From assembly GCF_036321535.1 (NCBI RefSeq), contig NC_087436.1, positions 66,590,001-66,654,000 of the forward strand: 64,000 nt of DNA, given 5' to 3'. How positions within the stretch are numbered: the stretch's first letter is position 1; each line of letters opens with the position of its first letter. Below, one piece after another: positions 26,720 through 38,416 of this stretch. This DNA is from Camelus dromedarius (lineage: Eukaryota). The translations under genes and the position numbers were made by a program. The notes under the pieces are model-generated. The model did no database searches. It saw nothing but the letters and a program-made list of their open reading frames with translations, and had not been told where the DNA came from.

Positions 26720-29055
26720 TTTAAAAAGTTCAATTTATTTTAACTTAAAAATAAGTACAATAACAGTTCGCCCATTTTGCCCACCCTCCACCACCCTACA
26801 CACCCACCTCTGGCAACCACCAAGTTGTTCCTTGTATCTATGAGCTTGTTTGTTTGTTTGTTTGTTTATTATGTTTTAGATTTCACATATGAGGGAGATC
26901 ACATGACATTTGTCTTTCTTTGTCTGACTCATTTCATTAACCATAATGCCCATGAAGTCCATTCATGTCACAAACAGCAAGACTTCATCCTTTATTTTGA
27001 CTGAATAATATTCCATTGTATATATATAGATATTGATATAGATATAGATATATAGATATACACACACACATACATACATACATACACACATACATACATA
27101 CCACAACTTCTTTACTCATTCATCCATGAATGGACACTTAGGCTGTTTTCACATCTTGGCTATTGCAAATAATGCTGAAGTGAACATGGTGGTACAGCTA
27201 TCTTTTCAAGTTACTGCTTTCATTTTCTTCAGGTAAATACCCAGAGGTATTTACTATCATATGGTAGTTCTGTTTTTAATTTTTCAGAAACTTTCTTATT
27301 ATTTCCCACAGTGGCTGCACCAATTTACATTCCCACCAACAATGCATAAGATTTTCCTTTTCTCCATATATTCGCAACACTTGTTATTTCTTGAATTTTG
27401 ATAGCCATTCTAAGAGGTGTGAGGTGATATCTCACTGTGGTTTTGATGTGCATTTCCCTAATTATTAATGACATAGAGCATCTTTTCATGTGTCTGTTGG
27501 TCATCTGTATGTCTTCTTTGGAAAAATGTATATCCAGATCTCTGATCATTTTTTTAAGCATGTTGTTTTTTGGCTATTGAACTGTGTAAGTTTTTTTTAA
27601 TATATTTTGGATATTAGCCCCTTATCAGATACATGATTTGCAAACATGTTTTGCCATTTAGTAAGTTACCTTTTTATTTTGTTGATGGTTTCCTTTGCTG
27701 TGCAGAACCTTTGAGATTGAAGAAGTCCCATTTGTTTATTTTTACTTGTGTTGCCTTTTGATGTCAGATTTGAAAAATGATCACCAGGACCTATGTCAGA
27801 AGGTTTACCACTTAAGTTTTCTTCTAGTAATTTAATGATGTCAGGTCTTATTTTCAAGTAGTTAACCTATTTTGGATTAATTTTTGTATGTAGAGTAAGA
27901 TAGTGGTCCACTTTCATTCTTTTACATGTGGCTGTCCAATTTTCTCAGAACCTTTTATTGAAAATACTATTCTTTCCCTATTGTATATTTTTAGCTCCTT
28001 TGTCCTAAGTTAGTTGACCATATATGCATGGGTTTTTTTCTGAGCTCTTTATTCTGCTCCACTGATCTTTGTGTCTATTTTAATTACCATAGCTTTGTAA
28101 TATAGTTTATAATCAGAATATGTGATGCCTTCAGCTCTGTTCTTTTGTAAGATTGCTTTGACTGTTTGAGATCTTTTGTAGCTTTATACAAATTTTAAAA
28201 TTGTCCTATTTCTATGAAGAATGCTATTGGAATTTTGATAGAGATTGCATTAAATCTATAGATTGCTTTGGATAGTATGGACATTTTAATAACATTAATT
28301 CTTCCAATGCATGAGTATGGAATATCTATCCATTTATGGGTGTTGTCTTCAATTTCTTTCAATAGTGTCATAGTTTTCAGGGTACAGGGCTTTCACTTCC
28401 CTGGTTAAATTTATTCCTAGGTATTTTATTCTTTTTTAATTCAACTGTAAGTGGAATTGTTTTCTTAATTTATCTTTCTAATAATTATTTATTAATGCAT
28501 AGAAACACAACAAATTTCTGTATATTAATTTTGTATCCTGAAACTTTACTGATATTAGTTCTGACAGATTTTTTTTGGTGGATTTTTTTAGGGTTTTCAA
28601 TATACAGTATCATGTCATCTGCAAATAGTAATAGTTTTACTCCTTCTTTTCCATTTTTCATGCCTTTTATTACTTTTCTTGCCTCAATTGCTTTGGCTAT
28701 GATTTCCAATACTGTGTTGTATAAAAGGTGTAAGCATGGGCATCCTTGTCTTGTTCCTCTTCTTAGAGGAAATGCTTTCAGTTTTTCACCATTGAGTATC
28801 ATGTTAGCTGTGGGCTTGTCATACATGGTCTTTGTTACGTTGAGGTACTCCCCTCTGTATGCACTTTGTTGAGAGTTTTTATCATAAATTGATGTTGAAT
28901 TTTGTCAAAAATTTGTTCTGCCTCTATTGAGATTATCGTGGGATTTTCACTCTTCAGGTTGTTAATGTGATCTATCACGCTGACTTGCAGGTATGAGCCA
29001 CCCTTGCATCCCTGAAGTAACTCCCACTTGATCATGGTATATGAGATCGTATTAT
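26720..29055 (-). mobile_element. LINE-1 (L1MA-type), ORF2 RT to 3' UTR, with internal microsatellite at ~27020-27100
   Basis: ORF 28485-28826 YDKPTANMILNGEKLKAFPLRRGTRQGCP...LFADDMILYIENPK. Further ORF2 peptides at 27325 and 27666. Frameshifted. Confidence 0.95.
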
Positions 29056-29059
29056 TATT

Positions 29060-30185
29060 TGAATCTTATTATTGAAAATTTAATTTGTTTTGCAATTTTT
29101 ACTCTTTCACAAAATGTAAAAAAAGGAAATCCGTACATTCATTGTTGTAGAGATATGCAATTATTCATTCATTTAAGATCAAATTTATATATTTTAATGC
29201 ATTTTGATATGTTTAATGACATCCACCAAGCAATTTTTAGGGCTTACAAAAAGCAGACAGTAGGATTGACTGTTTCTCCACAATAGTTCATTACTGATAT
29301 ATTAGAATTTTTGAAGCAAACATTTTACAATGTAATGAACAACAAATATCTCATTTTACTTCACAGTTTAGTGCTATGTCTTAATTGGCTATGTGTTTAT
29401 TTTCTAGTGAAATGTTTAATAAAATATTTGACCCTTTTTTCAAAGTGAGATAGATATATAGATAGATAAATAGATATTACATATGTGTGTTTGCATTGGT
29501 ATTTAAGAGCTCTTTATATAATTTGATTTTAAGGGTATAATATATAAATCAAATAATGTTCCCAATTCATGAGTAGCATTTCAAGAAAGTTTACTTAAAG
29601 TTCTGCAATTTCAATGATAAAAAGTTATTACAATAAAAGATAGTCGTGATTTGTCTCTGGTTTCTCTGATACCTTAGAATAAAGACTGCAGAGCTGCCTT
29701 CCAAAAAACACCATTCACAAAGTATTTGGGGAAGATGACACCAATTACTTAATGGTAACTGGTTTCCTGAAGTCAAACAACACCATGATCCTTCTTAGAA
29801 AGAGCTTTCCTATCTCCAAGATTATTTGATTATCTCCAAACATTTTTCTCTTGGTATCTTAATGGTTTAATTTTTTCACAGTTAAAATTGTATTCTACCT
29901 GAAATGTATTCTTTTATTCGAAAATGGATTTATTTTGATACTACAAATAGACATTTAAAATCTTTCCTCAAAAAGGAAGTTGTTCCAACATTGGTTTTTA
30001 ATAATCTACTCTTTCTTCTTTGATGTGAAATTTTAACAAACCTTATAACTAAAATGTGATGTACATTAAGTAGTACTAGGTATGTTTAGTTCCATTAATC
30101 TCATTCACTGGTCATTTATCTTGGCAGAAGTGTCACACTGTTCTGATTATAGAGACTCTAATATGTATTTTTATCTAATGAGGTG
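29060..30185 (-). mobile_element. Old L1 (L1ME-type) fragments
   Basis: Diverged antisense L1 motifs, e.g. 'ttagaaagagctttcctatctccaagattatt'. Confidence 0.4.
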
Positions 30186-30289
30186 AAACACTCTTCCCCC
30201 CATCCTTTTCCCATCCAGAGTTAATCTGCAGAAAAAGGTAGCATCATCTGGTTAAAGTGAAAAGTATGTGGTTTTGTCTTCAATTTGTA

Positions 30290-31420
30290 GTTAATCAGTC
30301 AGCATGTAGTAAGTAGCTATCAAGTACTTTCTCTTTTCCAAGAACCATACCATGGGCTGAGGATACACTAGTGGACAGTTAGTTATAGACTGTGCCTTTG
30401 TGGAGTCTCCAGACTATTAGGGATAGCATACCTTAAACAAATCATGACAAATATGATGTGCTAAAAGTGAATATGAGGGGTATTGTTCCCACATAAGACA
30501 AGATAGTAACAACCTGCAGGGTCAGGGCAAGCTTCCAGGAGGAAGTGATGGTTAAGCTCACATAGAATATCAGTTTACTTTAGTTAGAAAAGGTAGAAGA
30601 AGAAGCAAATTTGGTAAAACATTTTTACTCATATATTTGCCTTTTTTCTATCTTCTCAAATTAAAATGTAAGTTCCACGAGGGCAGTGCACGTTTTATTG
30701 ATCATTTCATGCTCTGTGCCTGTCATAGAAGGAGGAAGAGAAGGAAAATGAGGAGAGGGAGTAGAAGGGAAATGTTATAGTTGAAATACTGAAGACAAGT
30801 GAGGACTTTTTTTGTAGAATGTAAATAAGTCTATGTGTACAGAGCACAAGAGCAAAGAGAGACATTATGAAGGGTCTTAAAGGCTATCTTAAAAATAAAT
30901 TCATTTCTATATGTTAATCTTGTATCCTGCTACCTTGCTGAATTCTTTTCTCAGCTCTAGTAGTTTTTGTGTGGAGCCTTTAGGGTTTTCTAAATATGGT
31001 GTCATGTCATCTGCATATAGTTTTTAAAAATGAATTCAATTCTAAAAGCACTGAAAGATAAAAAGAAAGAAAGTGATATTCAGGGTTTTTTCTCTTTAAA
31101 AGATCATTCTGGCTGCAGTCCTGAGTATGGATTTGGCTGATGGGAAGAGACAATATGGGAATTATTTACTTGGATTAGAACAGCAGCAATGGTGATAGCA
31201 AGAAGGGACAGAAGAAGAATTCATGTAGGCAGTAGAAAGGCAGGATTTGATTCCAAGTTTCATGGCTTGAGAAACTAGGGGTAAATTGAGAAGAAGTGAT
31301 GTTGACCAGTAAATTCTTGGGCATTTAAATCTGAGGATCCATGACACATCCAGGTAGAGATATCAAGAAAGCAGGTAAACCTGAATCTAATTGTATTTAA
31401 GTTAAGAGGGACATCTTTGG
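30290..31420 (-). mobile_element. L2 fragments (interrupted)
   Basis: 'cagggcaagcttccaggaggaagtgatggttaagct' and 'ttaaaagatcattctggctgcag' are L2 motifs. Confidence 0.6.
30904..31023 (-). mobile_element. Short internal L1 ORF2 (RT) fragment flanked by a direct repeat
   Basis: Minus strand reads [37 protein letters not shown]. Flanked by ttaaaaat(a/g)aattca at 30889-30903 and 31024-31038. Confidence 0.8.
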
Positions 31421-32924
31421 TAGAATATTAAGCAATACTGTGATTGTTCTTTATTTGTTAAATATTTTTTTATTAGTGGATTACAGGAGGAGTTAAGACA
31501 GGCTTACCAAATTTTCAGGTGACAAAAATCTGATCCACTTAATTGATGAGTGAAAATAGTAATAGAATATTTTGTATATGATGACTGTGAGCATTGAATT
31601 GAATGAGGTAACTACTTAGTACTGTGTCTGTAAGTTAGTAAGTGCTCAATAAATGTCAGGTTTTAAATAGTGTAATTCACAATTAAAAATAATACTTTCA
31701 GGAGAAAAAAAGTAACAGAACTGAAGAGATGCAAGTTAATAGAAATAACTGTATACATGTGCAATTATTTCAAGAAGTAAATTCAATAATATAATGGAGA
31801 AGTCTTGCAATCATATCAATTGATGAACAAAAAGTTCCAGGGATTCTATCTGACTTATAGGTCAGCCTAAGTCTACAATTCATAGTATTGAAGTGGCTTA
31901 GGGTAAGGAAGAACCCTATGCCCTGCACTAAACAGACAATATGTTATAGATTATCTTCAAAATGTAGTATCACAGACAGGATTGCATCCAGATAATAACC
32001 AAGACAGTGAGGGACATAGAAACACTTCATATAAGAAAGGTTCAAAAGAACTAATAATTGTTTGTTTAGAAAATAATTCTAGGGAAATAAAAGACACATG
32101 AGAAATAGTGATTATTCTCCTTTTGCAGAAAACAGAGTAATGATTGTATGGAATTTTAAAGAAACTGATTTTTAAGGGACTTACTTCTTCAATATAAATA
32201 TTAAATTCATAAAATCTCACCTAGAAGTAAGCTTTCTCTTAATGTAATTGTATTAATGAAGATAGATACTTTTCTGTTGGAATGTGGTCAGAAACTGGTG
32301 AGCATGTAAGACTTCCTTTACTATCAACAAAATTTTTAAAAATCACATCAAAGGTATGCTAAAAAATATGTATCAAAGTGTAACTCCACTGTTGTCAGAT
32401 AGCACATGATTAACTGCGTATTTATTTTGCAGGCTCATTGTAGCATTAAGTATTTTACTCAAGTGAATGCTGGAAGTAACATCTAGTTTAGTACACTAAA
32501 GTTACATTTAGTTTGTATGCTACAAACTGTCATTTATTTTTAAAAAATCACATTTAGTCTCTCACAGTTTGTTTAAAGCATATTTGTAACACTAGAGTGA
32601 TTGTGTATCTAAGAACCTGTGATCAAAATAATAGATATTAATTCACATTATTATTTGAAATTCTGGTTTCAGAATATCTTGAATTCCATCTGTTTACTTA
32701 GAGTTTGCATTTTAAATTTAAGAGCCTGCTACTTTGAATCCTCAATATATAACCAAGAAGAAAGACTTTAAGATACAAAAGAACTCTATCCTTTAACTGA
32801 TCTGTTTCTTTTTCATAGAAAGGGAAGAGTTGAATCTCCAGAAAATAGACAACAAAATTATTAACCCCATCAACTGAGGTTAATAGTGAAATAATTTTAA
32901 TAATAATACCAAAAGTAACTTTTA

Positions 32925-33120
32925 ACTTTTAGGCATGCATTAGCCACTGGGCTAAATTCTATATATGAACTAATTCATGTGTCATCAAACCCACTATCTG
33001 GGGTAAGGGTGAAGACACTGAAGCACAGAAATATTTCCCTAGTCCAAGGTCACACAGCAAGTAAATATCCCGGCCCTAACTGACATCAGTTAGTGTGGTT
33101 ATAGAATCTTAACTTTTAAC
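32925..33120 (-). mobile_element. MIR SINE
   Basis: 'gaagacactgaagcacaga...gtccaaggtcacacagcaagtaaat'. Confidence 0.55.
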
Positions 33121-35973
33121 GTATTCTTTAATTATTTTAGTGGAATAATTAAAGCTTGCACGTGTTAAATTGTGAAGGACAAATAGGTACAGTAAACTTA
33201 AAAGATAATGCCATTGAATCTCTCTGTGAATAAGGAAAAAAATGGGACCAAAAATACAGTCCCATATCATATAATAAGGAAAATCTCATTTTTAAAGACT
33301 TTGGTGGTGAAGAGAATCTTGCTCTAAATGTTCCTTAGAATTTGCTTGCAAGGATTTTAAGGGGAAGTTTGAAATAATCGCAAAATCTAGGCTTTTCCTC
33401 ACCTCCTGTAGCAAGATGCTTAAAGAAACATTATCTCATCTAAAACTGGATTCATCTCACAAAATTTAGCTATTTGGTAACATTGTCACATTGCCATGTT
33501 CCTTGACCTTCCACCAGATGGAAAGCATCGACTATTAATTTTGCCTTGGAGATCCTAATGTTTGTTGTTCCCTTGGAGAGGAAATAGCATATTGTTACAT
33601 CTCTTCCAACAGTGTTCTTGTTATTAAATCAATGATGCTATTTTCCATAAAAAGGGTTCCATAAGAACATAACAATCTCATAAATAAAACAGGCCTAGCT
33701 TGTCTGGTGAACTGTTTCTTACACATCAAATAGCACCAGATGCTTGAAAGGTACTGGTACTGGACCACAATGTTATTTTGACCAGATTATTTATATCACA
33801 TTCATTTATCCAGTTCTTTCCTTGAATAAGTATTATTTTGTTAGCCTTAGCACAATTAAAAAAGGCTTCCGGTAATTTAATAATGATTTTTCCAAAAGGA
33901 AGTTAAATATTCAAATCAGATCCAAATCACGGAAACAGACCAGGGCTACCTAGAAGTAACAAGATTCTCTTCATCTTGGCGGACTTGACAATATGATTCA
34001 TTAGAGACCAATAGATTGCAATTGGTGGCTTGGGAATGGTGAGACACTTTACCTGTAGAGAAGTATAGCATTTTTTTCCTTGATAAAATTCACAAGGTTG
34101 TAACTCTTTATACAAATACTGTGATCCATAATATAGAGGTTCAACTGGCAACAAACCAGTGTCAGGAGGTATCCATGAATATGGCATTGTTTGCTTTTAT
34201 TCATGTCAGATGAGTAGGAAGAGACAGGCTCAGTGTACACAACATACAGACATACACACAGACAAACACACAGACACACCCATTATCACCACCACTGCCA
34301 CCGTAACCACCACGACTTGAAAGCCGTTTTGGACTCTTCAGAGTTAAAAACAGAATAACAATATAATCATAAGGAAGACAGTTTGCTTAGCATTTTTAAG
34401 GGCCATATTTAGGATTTATAATGCTTCTGTATTTGATCTTAAAACTTTTTAAATATTGTCTATATCATATGTTCCCAGTTAAAAATGATATAACTGTAAG
34501 GACTGAAGGATCAGGTGACCCAAGTACTGTTATATAAATAAGTGTACAGTTGTTAAGGAAGTCTTCTTTAGCACTTTGCCTTCTGTAACTTTAACTCAGT
34601 CAAAATTACATTACTTTGTTTATATTCATCCTTGTAAAAAGCCACTTGATTAATTTTATGTATGAAATTAAGCCTTCAGAGTGACCAAATTATGAGCAAC
34701 TTTCTGAGTAGTTTTAGCAATACCAAACCAAGAACATGAATTAATTAACTATTGTTAACTAATATTTAGTGAGTACTTATGAGCTAGGAATTCTGCTTAG
34801 TATTTCATGTTAAAATATATGTAATCTTACCAATAGAGTGATTATTGTATGTATTTGACCATGAGTTGCTACTGTACTGTGTTATTGAGAAAGGAACAAA
34901 GAGGCATGAAATGTGTTTCTAGAACTTAGAAGTGCTATATTTTTTTTAAGAGATGTAAAACTAATGATGCCACAAACATTAGTAAAGAGTTGATATTTTA
35001 AGTGGTGTAGCAATAGTTACTAGCTCAAAATATTTGAAGAGTAGAATTGACTGGAACAATACATTTTGAACTTGTAGGCTGTATAAAAGCTGAGCTGAAC
35101 TTAGCATACCAGGTAGAATTTGTATAAATAAAAGAATAAAAGGAATTCCTTCCAAACCAGAGGTAAAGTGTGAAGCACAGAGGTTTCCATCCATGTTGAA
35201 TGTAGCAAAAGCAAGTTCCAAAAAGGGACAAAGAGATTACAATGGGTAATGTTGAGAAATAGGATTAAACAGATGAAAGAAAAAAACTAATACCAAGCTC
35301 TACAAAGCTGAGAGCTTGGAGTTTAGATTTTGATGTAAAAGACCACTGAGAGTAGAGGTCCATAAACAAAGTTCTACCTGTCGTGATCTAGTCAAACAAA
35401 AATCGGGCTATAGTCAACTATTTTAATATTTCTTTTATAGTAAAGTATAAATATTTCATTAAAAGTGATTCCAATATCTGACTGCATAAAGGTTTCTTAT
35501 TAGAAAATATTTTTGCTAGACTTACAAAAGGTTAAGGAGAGGGATGGAATCAGGGATGGACTACAGACACAGAGTCAGTGTATGTGAAAACATGTATCAG
35601 TGATACAAGGGATGTGTGGGCCAAGCCAGAAAAGCACTGAGAGGGAGAAGGGACTAAAGAAAAAAATTCAGATATTTATGGGTGATGCAAAATGTGAATA
35701 CTCTAGGTTACTTTCAGAGAGGTATTGTGGCAATTAGATCTACATTATTCTTCAAGACCTTGGTAGTTGAAATACTGTGCAGAGACTGGAACTCAAATTT
35801 AGTAGTTCAGTGAGGGATAGGGGAACCTTTCTATTCAGATAGCAGGTAGACTGTGAGTAAGATTTATGTATCTTTAACAAACAAAGAAAACCTCAGGCTT
35901 CTCAACTGACTCTAAAGAACTAAATGGACAAATGTGTATAGACCAATTTAAGATTAGAAAATACATTTTCAAG

Positions 35974-36083
35974 TGGTAGAGTGTGTGCCTAGCATGCATG
36001 AGGTCCTAGGTTCAATTCCCAGTACCTCCACTAACAAAATAAATAAATAAACCCAATTACCTTCCCTCTCCTCCCCCCCAAAA
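35974..36083 (+). mobile_element. tRNA-derived SINE (camelid Vic-1-like), 5'-truncated
   Basis: tggtagagtgtgtgcctagcatgcatgaggtcctaggttcaattcccagtacctcc (B box GGTTCAATTCC). Perfect 18-bp TSD agaaaatacattttcaag. Confidence 0.88.
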
Positions 36084-37669
36084 AGAAAATACATTTTCAA
36101 GCTTTGTTGATTTTATATCATCCCTTAAAATGCAAGGTGAATAGGCTGAAATTTATGCTAGAATAAAGCCCAAAATAAAAAGAAGTATTTATTTGGAAGT
36201 ACTTATATAACTTATGTAACTCAAAACATCTTCCTTCAGCATTTTAAAACATATTTGACTTTAATACAAATTTTCGGGGGAACAATAATATTAAATCGGT
36301 CCATTCTTTGAACATCATCCAACTTCCTTATAAATATTGCTTATGAAAACTAAAACACCCTTCACAATATTTTTGTCTTCTTCATCTATTTTTAAAATAC
36401 CCATTTGATCCAGATATTCCTGCAAAGAGAGTATTTCTAATTATAACTGTCAAGCCCATGGCATTTTCAAAGGCTTTTGCACTTAGAGAACATCTTATAC
36501 TTATTTGTCCTGGACAAATAATTGGGGTTAGTGTGACCCCCAATATGTGACTACATTTAAATGTATTGACTATTATTAGCCTTGAGAATATATCATATGA
36601 TGGATTTTCTCCATGTAATTTTCCCAAGGTATTCTCAACCCATAGAATTTTTCACATATAATGATCAAATTTTGTAATTTGACATAATTTGGAGGGAAAG
36701 CTTTATGGTTAAAATAATTTATTTCTAACTCTTTAGGAAATCTCTTATTTTAAATTATTATTTTCCCGTTCTTGGTAGTCTTCAATGAGGAAGGTATATC
36801 TATAATAAATTATTTTCAAAATTGATTGATTTTCTAAGTTATGTGTGTGGTATGGGTGCATATTAAACTCATTAAGTTGGATAATGTTTACAAAATTGAT
36901 TTTCTTCTGGACTCATTTCAAAGAAACAAATATAGTTTAATAAAGCCATTAACACTTGTCAATAAATGACATTTCATTTGATCACATATGAGTAGAATAT
37001 GTAATATTTTCACAGAACACTGCTTTTATAAAGATGATAAATGTTTTAGCTAATGAATTGTTACCTCTTATAAAATAAATAATATGTAACAGCATTATTG
37101 ATGAATGTGATTATAGTTCCTTATTTATTGATTCTTACCAAACTTTGTCTTTAGCTTGGTAAGCTATTCTTTCAGGACCTCACTTTCACAAGTTTCCAAG
37201 AATTTATCCTGGGAAAAGAAGTGCAGATATACGGAAACGCAGGTCCAGTATATGCCAATAATACTAAAGAATTGATTCACTATTTTTTAGAGAAGAATGT
37301 AGGGAAAGAGTAAGAGAATAAGATGAAAATTGTCCTGCTTCATTCTTGGAAATTTCTCTATCCTAATGGTACTGCACACTATTTGGTTTTAATTCCAGAT
37401 TTCCTATTTCTCAGCATAGAAAAGAAAGTGTTTATTTTCTTCCTCTTAATAGCTTCAAATAACAAATTTTAATTATCTAGAATGAGAAAAACACTGTTGT
37501 AAAGTAGAAAAGCAGAAATACAGCGCAGCAACAAGCTCATCTCCACCACATACTAGCATAAGACCTGACCTTTCTATGACTCAATTTCTTTGTTAATAAA
37601 ATGGAAATAATAATATTCCTTAAGCTATAAAGTGATTGTGAAATTATTGTGAGCACATCAACCTTTAGT

Positions 37670-38192
37670 TATTGTATTTCTGTGCTGAATATTAAGTTGC
37701 AAATTTAGCTCCTTAAAACAATACATATTTATCATATCACAGTTTCAGTGGGCCAACCATCTGGGACCGGCTCATCTGGGTCCACTGCCCAGAGTCTCAC
37801 AGGACACCACTGAGGTGCTGGCTGGAGCTGGGTTCCCATCCAAGGCTTGGGGTTCCTTTCCAAGCTGATGTGGTCATTGGCAGGGTTCATTCCTTGCAGC
37901 TGTAGATCACAGAGAAGCTTGTGTCTTCAAAGCCAACAAGAGACTCTCTCTCTTAAGAAAGGACCTAGTATCTCTTTAACATGTTTTCACTAATTAAGTC
38001 AGACTCAACCAGGTGAATCCTTTGTTTACCTCAAGTGCAGATGACTTGGCACCTTAATGACAGCTGCAAAATCTCTTTACCTTAGAACATAACTTAATCA
38101 CAGGTGTGAATCATACTCACAGGTCCTGCTTACATTCAAAGCAAGGGGCTTCTACATGGGGCGGGGAGTTTTCAAATTCTGCCTACCACAGC
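37670..38192 (-). mobile_element. MLT1-family MaLR LTR
   Basis: 'aaatttagctccttaaaacaatacatatttatcatatcacagtttcagtgggcca' and 'attctgcctaccaca' terminus. Confidence 0.75.
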
Positions 38193-38416
38193 TGTCTGCC
38201 AACAGCCAGATGTTTTGGTTCTTCCCTTTCTGTGTATCTGGTAAGGCTGTACTCTGTACAGAATTCTAGTCATTCAATATCCTGGTTAACAAGTGGTGTT
38301 ATCAATCTTTTGAATTTCATTCTTTCTTTTGAATGCATAGTGCTACCACATTTTTGTTATAGCTGTATTTCTCATCCAAAATGGTGTTCTTATTCTTCCA
38401 AGTAAAAGCAAGTACA

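Noticed and set aside
28485..28826. RT-like ORF as a functional gene
   Set aside because: Frameshifted fragment of a truncated L1 ORF2.
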